Assembly (NCBI GenBank): GCA_010093605.1
Contig: MU004181.1
Span: forward strand, 3,472,001-3,536,000
DNA from: Lophium mytilinum
Lineage: Eukaryota
Length of the DNA: 64,000 nucleotides
Reading direction: 5' to 3'
The notes beneath the pieces were generated by a model. That model was not told the DNA's origin, made no database searches, and worked only from the letters and a program-made list of their open reading frames with translations. Every line of letters begins with the position of its first letter. The stretch's first letter is position 1. Positions 10,672-24,631 of this stretch are shown here, piece after piece. The position numbers and the translations under genes were made by a program.

Positions 10672-12518
10672 ATTCTAGATTTATACTATAATAAAAAATA
10701 TAGATAGATAGATTCTTAGTATAGCTATAGTAAAAGTTAGTCTATAGCTCTTTTAACTAGATAAGGTCTATAAAGCCTTTAAATCTACTTCTCTATAGCT
10801 TTCTATAGTATAGTAGCTTAGCTATATTCTCTATAGCTTAATATATATATCTATTACTATTTTAGGTAATTTAGTACTTATTAAGCGCCTCTAGAAGAGC
10901 CTTAAAGGTAGCTATCTATTAAAAATAAACCTATTAAGCCTAGTTTAATTTATAAGCTTATATAGAGGCCTAAAAGCTATTATAATAATAATAGTAGTAT
11001 ATAGTATATAAAGTATATAAGAAATTATACCTTAATACTATAGCTAAGGCCTATATAGAGTTATATAGTAGCTAAAAATACCTCTATAATATAAAATAAT
11101 AGAGCTAATACTTAAATGGGCCTAGGAACTAGTTACCAGGCCTTAATTGGCATAGGCGTGTTAATCTGGCGTCCCGGAGGCGTTTGTAGGCATTGTAAAA
11201 CGTTTGCCGCCAAGATACAGGCAATCCAAACTGTAGCCCCCCTGCGTCAAGCTTATCTGTACGCACCTCACCCTCTCTGACGACGACCTGAGCCCTGCCC
11301 GCCTAATCTTCGATACTCATGCTCTCGAAGCACCACTCAGCTCTGTGAAACGTTGCACAGCATCCAGACGACCGATCGCTTTACCTACATAGTCGACTTG
11401 CAGATTTTGCGACATATCTCTCTTGCCCCCCCTTCTGTTCATGTCATGTAATGCAATGCGAAGCGCGCAAATCGGAACGTGCACCGTCAATGCACGATGC
11501 GCCGAAAGTGGCGGGCGCTCCTGCGGTGGGGGATCTTAATATAGGCGTGATAGTGGTGATCATCGCGCCATGTGCGATGGGAAAGGTGGAGCCTTACATA
11601 CCTTCGTGGCTGTCTGGGCAAGGCGCAGCGCAGCCAGCACGCACGCATGCACCCACTGTAAGCCTGTGGTGGAGCGGAGCGTGCGGAGCTGGGGTCTGAG
11701 ATAAGAGATAGCTCATCCAAGGTGAGTGCGATGCTGATGATCGTTTGCACGATATGGAGGGGTGAGGCGACGCTGTATGCTATGGCTGCTTTTCATGTGA
11801 TGGTCAGATTTCGTTGTGGTTTGCGGTTCTGTGATGGATTGAATAGAGACGCAATGATAATGACGGTGAGACTCGCAAATAAACCTAATTCTATATTGAA
11901 CTAGATAGTGTAGCCGTGATCGATCATCGCCTGTCCAGCTCGACGCCAACGCAGGCGGAGCGCTCGGTAAGCCAGCTACGGAACGGAGTGATCGAATTCA
12001 ACGGATGAAACAGCGAAAAGGGAGCCAAGGAGATTTGAGATGCAAAGCACCAGCAAAGATTGGTCGACGCCATCACGTCTAGCACTTGGGTATCCTAGCA
12101 ACAAAAAGGAAACAAAGTGATTGAAATGACTCCTCCCCAAATGACCATCCAGTGCTGTAGTCCCGCTACTATCGAGTTCGTGCTAAGTCGTGAGGAGATG
12201 GGGAAGATGACAATATAGAGACCACCGCCGCCAGTTATGCAATTTTGCCTTTCTGGAAGGCCCTCGGCAAGCGAGGTGAAGGGGAACAAACTTGTTGAGA
12301 TAAGTAGATGCCACTTTTGGATGACGCTCTCGGGAGCAAAGGTCGTGATGTGATATATGACGCCGATAATGCCGTGAACTGAGATAAAGAAACTTCGTTT
12401 CGGTGTGCCCCCATGGTCAATTTCATTTCGATGACTTCAAAGGTTGCCGGACGACAGACGAGGTAGCAGATGGACGTTGGAGTGCTGGTCGTTGTCCGGT
12501 ATGGGGTCCGTCGGCTAG

Positions 12519-13094
12519 TCATCTCCCGCCTACTGACGTCGGGCGTGATGGTGATATATCGCCTCGACGCTGGGCTTCTTCGCGGATGAGCTTGTCGACG
12601 TGAGCGGCAGCATCATCAGTGTGGACGCCTGCCATCAGGTAGCCGTCATGGCCTTCGAGCTCCAGAGGCGTAACCGGTCCAGGGCTGCCCAAGGGGAGGA
12701 GGCGGGGGCTGATCGGCTTGGGACCCGGAGCCGTTCGAGAGCCTCGTGAAGCAGTGGCGAGGAGCTCCCGCTGGTACAAGTAGAGCTGTCTCTGTGCATC
12801 CGAGTACTGCTTCTGCTGGGCACGCGGTGAGGGAGGCGGCTGAGGGCTGTTACCACCGCCTACCTCGGGCGTGTTGGCTAAGCTGGAGTGCTGCGAAGGG
12901 AAGTTGGCCGGGTGGAAACGTGGCAACGACGGCAGCCTCAGCGACGACGAGCCGCTGCTCGTCTGTCTGGCGTGCGGCGGCGGTTGACGGCGAGCTTGCG
13001 AGGGGATGGCGAGAGATTCCATCCTGGGGGAGAGTGGTGACGAGCCTGGTGGTGGCGGCATTTGCAAGCTGCGTGCGGCGAGTCTAGAGGGCAT
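12519..13094 (-). CDS. Conserved fungal Pro/Ser-rich hypothetical protein
   Basis: Single ORF with the motifs LRLPSLPRFHPANF and SPRLLPLGSPGPVTPLELE, which I recognise from uncharacterised Pezizomycotina proteins. ATG at 13094 follows a TATATA element; the upstream part of the tracked ORF is probably UTR. Confidence 0.7.
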   Translation of the reverse strand: MPSRLAARSLQMPPPPGSSPLSPRMESLAIPSQARRQPPPHARQTSSGSSSLRLPSLPRFHPANFPSQHSSLANTPEVGGGNSPQPPPSPRAQQKQYSDAQRQLYLYQRELLATASRGSRTAPGPKPISPRLLPLGSPGPVTPLELEGHDGYLMAGVHTDDAAAHVDKLIREEAQRRGDISPSRPTSVGGR

Positions 13095-15412
13095 TGACGA
13101 CGCTGAGCGGTGGGCGCGGGGCAGCCTATATAGATGACGTGCGTCCCGTGAGTGTTGTGAGTGCGAAGAAGGAGGTTCCCTAGTTGAAGGCAATGATTCG
13201 AAACAATACTTGATGCTGTGGCCGCGTTGGGGAGAGGCAGCTGCAAGGCGGGAGGAATCCGGAAGGGGCCCAGTATATCTCGCAGCGGGACGGCTTGAGA
13301 TAAGTCGGCGCGCTGGAATTGCGGGGATGCAGTAGAGGAGGGCGCTGCTGGAAATTTGGGTGCCGATCAACCGCGATAAACACTCGCTGTGCCTTGTATG
13401 GCTCCCAAGCGCCGGCAGGGCCCCTGACAAGCCTCTGTGCCGGGTTTGAGAGGGAGGCGACCGATTTGCTGCAGTATCCTGTACAGTAGACCCTGAGAAT
13501 GGTGCAACGTGGCGCGGGAAGCGTGGGGAAAAAGAGGAAGATCAGACGTGGTGGTGTGCAGAAGATGAGTGAAGGAGAATTGCCGGTGGCCTGTGGTGCG
13601 TTGGGGAGCAGCGGCGCGAGGCCGTAGTTAACCTTGGAAATGTGCAATTAGGGCCCGGCAGGTAACTCGCAGGTTATTTCCAGACGGCACCGCAGCACAG
13701 GGAGTCAAACGCGGCGGTCGTTATGGGTACTCTTACTCGGAGGGCGCAGTGGGAGTGGTCGAGGGACACGGGGGGGCTACGGGAGTGGGTACGAAGGGCG
13801 CCTTCAGACGGCGGGCGTGGCTGCATTTTGAACAACGGGAGGGACGGCTCCAGAACGGCGGCGCGTCCAGCATCGTCGTCGACTCTTCGCGCTCGCTCTC
13901 GTGGGTTACGTGGGCCGAGCGTACAGTAGTGACGACAAAGCCAGGGCAGTCTGCGGCCGTGTCCATCCCGAACGAACCGAGCAGCATCGTTCCGTTGTCG
14001 GTGCGCACCTGGGCACGTGCAGCACAGAGAGCTAAGCCCTGCATCACCACCAACCTTGGAACCTTTTCGAAATGGCGACCCGCTGCTGTTGCCATCGCGA
14101 TAGGCCACACGAACAATCCCCTGTTGGCCATGATGTCTGCTGCACCTCATCTCGGTGCCGGCCTAATTCGCCGCCTGTGCCATGTCATGAGACGCCTCTC
14201 CGCTATGCTACATCCATCCGGGGGCCTTCTGGAATTACCAATTCGCCTATCAACCCTGTCTCGCCGGAATTGACAGAATGGCGTCTTTCTTGAGGCAATC
14301 CAGATGAGTGGTCCACCAGCCGCTGCACCATTGAACTGCATGAATGCAGCCGTGGCTTGCACAACTCAGACTCCAGCGCCGCATAGACGGCTGGGCATAG
14401 GCGGCTAGACTTCCATCTCCTTTTGTAACATCATGCCATTCAATTCGAGCTCCGTGATGCGATTACCATAAAACTTCACCTTTCCGGCCATCTACAGCAG
14501 TGAGTAGCACAAAGGACCGCGCCGTTCGCCATGTCCTTTATTAAGCAATCGCTGCATTTGACGTGCCACACAAACGCTCAAACACTCAATGCCAACAACT
14601 CGTGCCGGAGGCGATACTGCACCTTTGAGGCCACTGCTTCGACGCGGGGTTTGTGTATGCAGCTGCTGCCGGTGAAAGACCATACAAGCGATTTCCAGGC
14701 CCGGAACGATCATCACTGCATTTGCTTCTGGGCATCAGGCGATGTGAGCACGGTCAGCCCTGCCTTTGTTATACAGCTTCAAAATGGCGAGATCGGGGTG
14801 TCGTTCCTTTGAACCCCCCGTTTGTGCTACATAGATAAGATGGCTTACTGTATTGGACCATGCCGATCATGACAGCCCTGCATCATGCAACTCCGCTTGT
14901 GTCAATTAAACATGGGAAGAAACAGCCCTTCGCGGTGTCTACCTTTGGCGATTAGGGCTAGCAAAGAGCAACACAAGTCAGTTTCCGCATATTTGATGCT
15001 GGGAATGCCGCGATAACCGTGCCTCGCTATAGGTAGCCACGACCTCTTTTACCCCTCCTAGTAGTGCTTCCAAGGGTCCCTAAATTTTTAGAGCCTATAT
15101 CTGGTTTGTACACTTCCGTCTGAAGCAACCCAATAAGTGTATGAATGGTTCAGAACGGTAGACTTTCTTCTTCCTCATATTTTAGAGACACGTCTCAATA
15201 CTCACATGAGGTGCCAAGACGTTGTACATAGGTTTTCGGGAACGCAGTAGAAAAGACGGTGAGCGAATTCACAAGATGCCTGAAGGAGCCATCGCCGGAC
15301 GGATGGTTGCGTTGAGGTTGTGTAAGTTTCTATTGTTTGACTTATGCACAGTGCCGTCGGGACCCTGCATGAGAGAACGCCGCACTTTTCTCCACCACCA
15401 CTCCATGCTCGT

Positions 15413-16886
15413 CTACCTGGCACCAAGTTTCTCCAAAGCCCGAGATCCTTGTTCTTCCCACTCCTGCTTCGAGATCCACATGTTGTCCTTATCCGCCATC
15501 TTTGCATCATTAGCAGATGACAGAGGATGAAAAGTGTGGGGTTTAGCTTACAATGTTGGCGAGAACTGCGCCGCCAAGGAACACCATGTGTCTCCGTCGG
15601 GGTGGATCCTCAATCCGTACTTTGAATTTCTACATCATCCTGTCAATATGCTGCCTCGAAAGGGGTAAAATCCCGCCGCTTACATTCAGTCTCTCCGGGT
15701 TGCCTTGCAAGACTCTGGTCAGCCATAGTTGCTTCAACTCCTTTTCAAGCCGGCTCGGAAGACCTGGGTACATGCTGCTTCCACCACTTAGCACAATGGC
15801 CTTGTACAGGCTGCTTCTGACGTCGACATCCGCGGCTTGAATGGTGTTGAATAGGAACTCGGCAATGCCAGGTTGCTCGACGTCGACGAGATGCGGTTGA
15901 AACAGGCATTCCGGCGCCTCGAAGCGCTCACTACCTACCCTAATGACGCGGCCATCTGGGAGGGTGTAGGACTCGACGAGAACGGTGGTGTCTTCGCTCA
16001 GCCGCTGGTCAAGTTCTAGGTCGTACGACACATAGCATAGTTTTTCCTTAATTTGGCGAACCGTCTCGAAATCGGCTGTACGGTTCAGTGCATATCCTCG
16101 CCGTAACAGCAGTGCAATCAGGTTTCGCGTCACATCTCTGCCCGCAACGTCCAATCTCCTCGTTAGATGATTGAGGACTGTGCTCTCGTAGACCGGCACA
16201 ATATGCGTGACACCATCGCCGGAGTCGACTACCACACCAGACGAAAGACCCTGCGCATAGAGTGCCAGCACTGCTTGTATAGCAACATATACGCCGCCGA
16301 AATTGTAGCGCTCGAACATGACTTCGCACATCTGTTCGCGGTTTCGGAGAGGGTTCATGGGCGGCTCGGTGAGGAGGATCTTGCGGCCGGTGGGGTCGAT
16401 CTTCATCTTCTCGAAGAAAGTGTAGTCCCAAAGATGTTGCATGTCATCCCATCTCTTCACAATGCCATTCTCCATCTGCAATTGGTGAAAGCGTCAGCTC
16501 ATGTCGGGTTCGAATTCATTGGAACCTCGGCCTCCATCGCGAATGGGAAGTCTCGTACAGGATATGTGATTTGCAGCATAGACCGCGCCGCTGCTGCCTC
16601 GTCGCCGCACATGATATCCTTGACGACAATATCGCCATCTCTCTCCTCCGAACGTAGGATGGGGCGGCCGACTATCGAGGGATACTGGTGGTCTGGGAAG
16701 TTCTGTATATTGCAGAGGCAGGGTTACTACTATATTATTTTGCGCGCGTGGGAGGAGGCCTGCGAACCTGTCCTGCATACCCAGCCTTGAGGAACCCGGT
16801 CCCGCCGTCGAGGACTGTGGGGCGTCGTCAGCTTGCGTTCGATATAGCAGGGCAGACAAATGCTCACCTATGGGAACCTCGGCCAT
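15413..16886 (-). CDS. ARP2: Actin-related protein 2 (Arp2/3 complex)
   Basis: Spliced [56 protein letters not shown], ending [21 protein letters not shown]. Several canonical introns. Confidence 0.97.
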
Positions 16887-18596
16887 GATTGCTGTATTGT
16901 GGGAGCTTCAGAGGCCGAGGGCGCGACGTTGTGGAGATCAATGTGTTGTCGTTGGCGTTTGGTGAGGGGTGTCATAAGCATGGTGGAGGTGAGCCAGATT
17001 CGCTGTGGCCCGTGCACGGATTTTGATGAGGCTCGAAGTTCACCAAACACTTGGGCTCGTTCAATATGACTTTGAGGCAAGCTGTTTTACCAGATACAGC
17101 TCTTTAAACGCTATATGGCCTTCACACGCGTATAAACTTTCTATCGAATTGGTGGTCATGGGGTGAGATGGCCTCTCAGTACACCTACCATATACGGTCA
17201 GATTGACGAGTGTGTAAAGCTACCTACCATTTCTTATAATGCCGTTCTAGCTTCTTTCTCTGTTCCTTTCGGGCCAGCGCAAGCGTATAAGCAATGAAGA
17301 TACACGTCCCAGTCTCCTTTGTGTCGGAAGATATCTACCATAATTGTACGTACCTACCCAGGCACATGAATATTCCAACGAAAAATAGCGGATGAAAGAC
17401 CTGTCTGAGTGTAGAGTAAAAAGCACTTTTTCGAGACTCCTGCTCCCATGTGCATTGAGACGTGATTCAGAACTTGATTGACTTGTTGTCTTGCTTTCAA
17501 AGCTGCACTTACGCGAGTCTAGCTGTATTCATGGATTAAACATCACGATTGTAGAATCCACTGCGGACATGGCCGTCTCAAACAGCTGTTCCAATAATGC
17601 CATACAAGACTCAACCCATCGAATATGCGATTTGCGGCACGCTTTGATGAACCCCTGAGTAAGCAATCTTGGTGAGACTAGCTGCATCTTGCACGGGAAG
17701 CGATTGATATGTGCTCGGAGTCTGCGGTTGCTCTTCGAAGCCTTATACTCAGCCGCTGCAACGCCTATGGCCAAAACGTCATGGTTCTCAAGCGGCCGGT
17801 GACGAGAAAGATAGGGTCACACGGAAGCACCTCTGTATCTTCACACTTTTACACATTTTTGCACGGTGCCGGGTTGCTGCGGGTCCGGTTCCGAAGAAGA
17901 GAAATTCCGGCATGTTTTCACCGTGGCGCCACGCGCTGAACGCATCTCTTAGCGGAGGGGAGCCGGTTTGGTAAGCGTGCCCAGCTGACGATGCTTCAAT
18001 ATGGCGATTCAGGTCAGACTAATCCTGAGCGCGCCTTGGAAATCAGCCCTTGAGGAGGCTGAGAAGGCTCGACAAAGAGATATTCGGGGCACAAACGGGC
18101 CTTGTGGTTGCGCAGCAGCTGAGCGGCCGTGAGAGTGTTATGCTAGCATTCGAGGCCTTTCCACGCTTCACTCACCTGTCAAAGACTGATAGGCCTGGTC
18201 CGCGGCAGAACCGTGGGAGCGCGAGGAAAGGTGCGGCAACCATTGTCCGCTTCACATCGACATCATAGCGTTTGGCATCCCGACAGCGGATCACGAATGG
18301 GAGCTGCCATAAATTGTCGCGGTCAGCTGTTGCGACTCTGTGTCCCCCGTCTCCCCAGTGCCCTAGGTGCCCTGCAAATACCTGCCCTCGCCCCGCGACT
18401 TTCTTAGGACCCATCTAGATTCAACGACTAAACCGCCAGCCCTCCCAACCCTCAACCCCACCACCACCTGACCTTTGCCTTTGGTCCTGGACACCGCTGA
18501 CCAACAGCCTCACTCACCGGCTTATTGCTGCGACTTCTCAAACTTATGGCGCATCTCTTATAGCACTTGCCATCTAAGTACGCGCTGTCCAGCAGC

Positions 18597-21500
18597 ATGG
18601 AGGACCACAGCGGAGTTGACGTGAGCTGGCTGCACCACTCAAATAGAGGTGAGCGTTTCGCGAAGGCTATACACTGCTCTTCGAACTATCTTGGGACAAC
18701 GACCGCGTTTTCGCTTTCGCAGGACTTCTTGTACTAACATGCGATCCAGATCACCACCATCGACTGGCAGCACCGTCCTCGCCGGGGCTTGCGAGAGACG
18801 CTCCCCCTCGAACCTCAACCCATGGCGGCCTTCCCGAGCACCAACCTCTCCACACTCCAAGCGTACCCATTACAGAGAAGCCGCCGTCTCCTCCTCCCTC
18901 GTCTGCGACTTCAGCTGCGAAGCCAATTCCGAAGCGACCCAACATAATTGGACGGCAAAGTTCGGAAAAGACTCAAACCCTTACTCCAACTCCACCAGAT
19001 TCTAAGTCGCCTTCCAGGCGCAACTCGTGGATAAATAGCATAAGCTCCAAGTTCTCGTCGGCCCAGAATACGCTACAGCAGCCTCAACTTGCGCCGACAT
19101 CTACTCCTCCGTCGAAGATCAATGGCGCTCAAGGCCCTACGTCATTGCCAGTGACCTCGGCTACCGGCGCAAATGTGAACTCTGGGCCTGCAAACGAAAC
19201 GAATGCAGGCCCTCCCGACTCTCAGATACCCCAAACTCCGAAAGCTGGGTCATCCTTCTTTTCCAATGCGTTGCGCCGCCTCTCGTCGGGGTCGCAAGCC
19301 TCTCCCCTCGGCAAGGTGTCCCCGCATGGAGCAATATGTCCCCGGAAGGTCATGAATGTCGACTTGAATCGTGATCGATGTCTTGTGCCGGAACTAGAGC
19401 AGTCAAAGCTTCGTCGGGTCGCGTTTTGCGTCGACGTAGAAATTGCCGGTGGGCCTCGGTACAAGGACGAGGGGGATTGTGAGGACAAGAAGAAGAAGCG
19501 CAAAGACAAGAAGCTCAAAGAGCGAGGCGAAGGAGAGGCTCTCAAACACCCTGAAGCTGTAGTCGAAGAGAAGGAAAAGGCCGGGTTGGTAAACGTTACG
19601 AACGAGGCTATTGGAACCGAAGAGGCGCCGGATCCTGAAGGCCCATCAAACGAAAACGATAAGGATTGCAAGAGGAGAGAAAAGAAGAAGCGATCCGAAG
19701 CTGAACGCAAGGAAAGGAAAGAAAAGAAACGTAGGAAGGCCGAAGAGAACGGTAGCGTACCCCTCGAATTGAGCCGAGACGATGACGAAGCGAGCCCCAA
19801 TGCCACTCCCGCGGTATCCGGAACGTCAACTCCAAAAGCCCAGGATCGGCCGACCACTGATCCTCTGCGGATATATCGGCGATGCTGTCAACTCAGAGAG
19901 ACGCCTATTCTGAAGCGGGTAAGCGACCAGCTCTCGCACCCTCATAGCTGTGCCGCTGCTCTCCCTGGAGTAGTCACATGCTTGGACCTTACTGGTTCCA
20001 GACTACAGCTTGCAGATATTGTTACTCTTGGAGACTGGCTGGCTATAGTACCTGTGATGAAGCTCGTTATGGATGACTCCGATCTCACGGACGAAAAGAC
20101 CCGCGTCGTTCTCGCTGGACTACTGTCAGCCAAGGTTCCAGAAAGCCTAAAACGTCGTTCCGGGACATATGACAGAGGTCAGAATGGTCAAATTGGGAAA
20201 TCTGAAAAGCGCACCGGAGTGATAGAGAAGCTGTCCCTGAAGAACAACCCCAAAATCACTAGAGAAGGTTGGAAGCATATTAGCTTGTTCATCTACATGT
20301 GCAAACCGCTGAAGGCGATTGACGTTTCCATGGTTCCTTTCCCTCGAGCACAAAACACGCCTTCGACGAACGGAACAGCCTCAACGAAAGAACATTTGAC
20401 AGAACTCTCTGACACTCTGTGCAAAGCAATATCGGAGCGCCTTGGTGGCTCGAGGTTGGAGGAGCTCATACTAGCAGAGTGCTCCCTTTCTACTCAGGCT
20501 ATTAGGAGAATCATTGACGCGGTAACCGTCAGTGGTATTCAACGTCTAGGTCTTGCTGGCAATGATATTGATGACGAGGGGCTTGACCATGTCATCCGAT
20601 ATGTCCGCTCAGGCGTCTGCCAGGGCTTAGATCTCGGTGGAAACGATCTGAGGAATGGTATCGGCCGTCTTTGTGCGAGTTTCCCACCAGACTGCGGACT
20701 CTGTCTTCTCAGTCTCGCGGACTGCAACCTTGAACCTGATTCCTTGAAACCACTCCTTCCCGCACTCGCCGCTCTACCAAACTTCCGATTTCTCGATCTC
20801 TCCCATAACCGCGATCTATTCTCTACGCCGCTTCCGAGGGCGTCCCTCTACGTCCTCAGGAAGTACCTTCCGCTCATGAAGAACCTAAAGCGAATACATC
20901 TCATGGACGTATCAATGTCACCAGTTGAAGCCATTGGGTTAGCTGAAGTGCTTCCGGAATGTCCTCACCTTGCACACCTGAACATTCTGGAGAACCCGCA
21001 ACTTTCAATCGTGTCAAGTGCTTCTGATGAAGAAAGTCAAGAGGATGCGTGCGCTCTGTACGCATCTTTGATGGCAGCAGTAAGAGTTTCTAACACGATC
21101 ATCTGCATAGATGTCGAGGTTCCCGGTCCAGAGACGGGCGAAGTCGTCAAGGCTCTCGCCAAACAAGTAGTAGCCTATTGTCTTCGGAACATGGAACGCT
21201 TAACAGAGGTATCGGAGTTCAGTGGCATTGGAGACGAGAAAGATGTAATCGTGCCGGAAGTGCTCCAACATCTCGTTGGCCGAGGCGAGGGATCAGATGA
21301 CGACGATGAGCCTGCTCCGGATGATGACTACATCGTCGGAGGGACAGGAGTTGTTAAAGCCCTCAGCTACTGTTTGTTGCAGAAAGCATCTGAGTTACGG
21401 AGACCATCCCACCCTACCAGCGGAGCTACAACGCCCAGCCATGTTGGTGTCACGGGGAATCCAGGCAAAGCCCTTAACATGTCGAAAAATCTCCTGGAAA

Positions 21501-22360
21501 GTGCCCGAAATATTCGGGCTCGACTACAACCAGCGATAGTGAGGGAATCCAGGCTGGACAACGATATGGGTTATCGTAAGTTCTCCAATATTTTTTTCTC
21601 ACCGTTCTGTGATTTCCGTTCAACGTTTTCCGTTCAACAAAACCCGATGCTTACTACAATAGGTCGCCTCTTGTTCCTCGATCAAACTTTGCAGGGCATG
21701 ATCCAAAGATTCGAGGAAGAGTATCCTGAGTGTCGTCTTGATGCAGCTAGTAACATCTATTCCGACGCTGCATCAACGCACTCCTCCGCCCAAAGCTCAT
21801 CGTCGCCTCCTACATCCACAGCCGCAACTTTCTCGACGAGTCCTTCCGATACGCACGCCATAGAATCTGATGACGAGGAACGCAAGTCTTCGATCCGCTC
21901 CCGCCACAACTCTGACGTATCGCTCGCTTCACGTGCTCTTTCGATGGAGGAAGGCAGAATCCATCGTCTGGGTCAGCGCGTTCGTGCTGAGATCTATAAT
22001 AATTCTCGCCCCTCCTCTTCTTCTGGGCCTGGTGACCCTCTATCCCGAATTGAGGCAGACTCACAAGTGAAGGACGGCCGTCCCACTCCTACACTTGACG
22101 AGCTCCGCAGCAAGCTGGAGTCGTTGACCGGAGAAGAGCTGCGACTAGCGGCAGAAGGAGACAACTGGGAGGAAAATCTTCACCGGATCGGCCAGAACGC
22201 CGAAGAGATCAGACGGTTGAAGCATGAGTCGCCAGAGGAATTCAAGGCGTTCAGCGATGCGCAGAGGGCGGCACGATTCAATGCTGGGAAAGAACACAAA
22301 TTCCATGCCCATGGCTCTGCCGCCACACGCGACCAAATCGACTCTGCTATTGAAGATTAG
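18597..22360 (+). CDS. RNI-like LRR protein with PP1-docking RVxF motif (Mhp1/Gip3/Her1-like)
   Basis: Exon 1 MEDHSGVDVSWLHHS; introns 18649-18749 and 21576-21662; LRRVAFCVDVEIA motif and LRR repeats (LDLSHN, LDLGGN). Confidence 0.8.
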
Positions 22361-23167
22361 CGTCTGCTCTAGTTGGCATACATAAGCAGCTGTACTATTC
22401 TCCTTCGTTTGGTAGTCATCGTGCTTAACGATTTTCCTACATCAACAACTCATCTGGCAAGCGTATTGGGATATTCCGCCTGATCTTTATTTTTTGCGAT
22501 TTTCACCCCTTTTTCCACGTCTCCAAAGGTTTGCGCGCATGGATATTCATGGACGGTTGGGGCATTGGGACGGTCTTTACCGGACTTGGCTGAGTCTTTC
22601 TTCATTTACTTGCGTGATTTGACATTGCCGCGGTTCAGCGTTGTTTTACATACTGTACCAAAAGTAGGAGTTTGGATTGGGGAGTCAAACTCTGAATTTG
22701 GCACGTTTTGGAGGATGTTCATGATGTTGTATATACCAAGCCATCTAGTCGTTCATGTTCTGTAGTTGATGATTCTGCAATCATATGACTTCAACAATCT
22801 ACAATCCTTGCTGTCAGCTGTGCCCGCCCGATACTAAAAATCGTCTCCGGACTGTCTTAGTGTACTACGGGACGAGCGAAGCTTCCAAAGGTATGTTCTA
22901 GGCTTACTTCTTCTCGTCCATGGCTCCAAAGCGACTAGATGCACGTTGGAGTAATGAAAGTAACCGAGTATAACTCCGATCACGTCTTTGGCCCGGCAGT
23001 TGTCACCACCTAAGGATTACAAATCTGCTCTCCAGCACAAAGGTCCAATGGAGTTGAGGAACGCATGATACTTTAATGCGTGTTCGGAATAATAGTACCA
23101 CAGGATGTTCATATGCCACGCCGGAACGCCAATCAATGGATATATACAGCTCCCACCCTCCACCTCG

Positions 23168-24192
23168 TCAGTCCCCTCTCAGCTCAGCGGCTGCGAAATA
23201 CCCCTTACTCTCCACCACCCCCCGATCCTTCACCACAGCAGTATACTTGATCACCCACTGCGGTTCCACATCCCCCCTCAACCCCGCCTCCTCCGCCGCC
23301 CCTAGCGCCGCCAACACCCCCGCGCCATGCTCTCCGGAGCCCAGAAGCTCGCGCACCGTGCCCCTCGGCAGCACATTCGTGCAATCATTATGCGTCAACA
23401 GCTCAATACCCTCCTGCTTCGCATATAGAATCAACGGCTTCGGCACCACGCAGCAGTCGCGGACATTGATCTGATCGACCGTTGGACGCACCTTCGTCTG
23501 CGGCAGGAAGCGCGCGAGCCGCTGGGTGCCGAACTCGGCGACGCCTAGCTTCGCGATGATGCCGTCGTCGTGCAGCTTCTCCAGCGTGCGCCAGGTCTGC
23601 ACGATGGTGTCGATGTCTTCCGGCGCGGTTTCGGCGTCTGGGCAGCCCGCGTTGGTCGAGGTGGAGCGCGAGTCCGAGGGCGCGGGGGATTCGTAGTCCG
23701 AGTCCTCGTCGTCGGCGTCGAAGCTGATGCCGGGGAAGGAGACGATGAGGAGGTCGATGGAGGACACGCCGAGCTCGCGCAGGACGAGGTCGATGGCTTC
23801 GCGGTTTTGGAGGCTGCGCCGTGTAGAGGGGATGTTGGGGAGGTAGAAGAGTTTGACTGTGATGTCGTATTGGGACCGCTCTTCCGCGAGGCCGGCCGGG
23901 GTGGGTTCTGAGGCGGGGATGAAGAGGGTGTTGGACGTTTGGGAGGTCCAGGATTGGTAGGTTGTTGGTTTTGGAGGAGAGGATGCGCCGGCGTGCGTGG
24001 AGGGTTCGGAGGCTTGCTTGGCCGCGGCGAAGTTTGAGCGGAGGGCGGAGGTGAGTTCGGTGTTGGACTTTTCGTAGCCTGGACGGCGAACTACGGAGGG
24101 GGGGCCGCCCATGATGTTCCTGGGATTGGTTAGTGAATTGATATGGATATTGATCTGGAGGTGACCTACGAGGTAGAGAGGATGAGCTTCAT
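23168..24192 (-). CDS. GCLM: Glutamate-cysteine ligase modifier (regulatory) subunit, aldo-keto reductase fold
   Basis: MKLILST/intron/NIMGGP; YDITVKLFYLP, LGVAEFG, VDQINVRDCCVVP, WVIKYTAVVKDRGVVE. Confidence 0.9.
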
Positions 24193-24631
24193 GGCGACTG
24201 GACTTGGATCGATGTTACAGCTAGGTGATATAGAGAATGAGGTCTTCAGAGTTATGGCAGAGGAAGGATCGTAGAGGTGTAGGATTTAGTGTATTGGTAA
24301 TAAGGTGAGGGTTTCTTGCCGGTTTATCAGACGGATAGGCCTTTGTTGGTATATCGAGACTGGCGCCAGGACGTCGGATAGTATGTACAAGTCTCTGAGT
24401 AATTAAGGTTGCCAAAACTTGTCACACCAGGATCAGGAGAGAATTGATGTTCTTATAGAGGGATCATCATCGTTGCTTCTTTAAGGTGAGGGGCACACGG
24501 GCATTCACTAGGTAGTGGGGTCTTGTGCAATGTAAGCGGCCCCACTGCCTCATCTCCAGGCGAACGATGCCGTCTTGCCCTGGTCTTTTTCCATCGTCCT
24601 CCCCACAAGCAAGGCGCCCTCCACCTCCGCC

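Noticed and set aside
13180..14362. Cluster of overlapping 130-170 aa ORFs on both strands
   Set aside because: GC-rich upstream/UTR region of the small gene at 12519-13094; low-complexity translations with no family motif or splice-consistent model.
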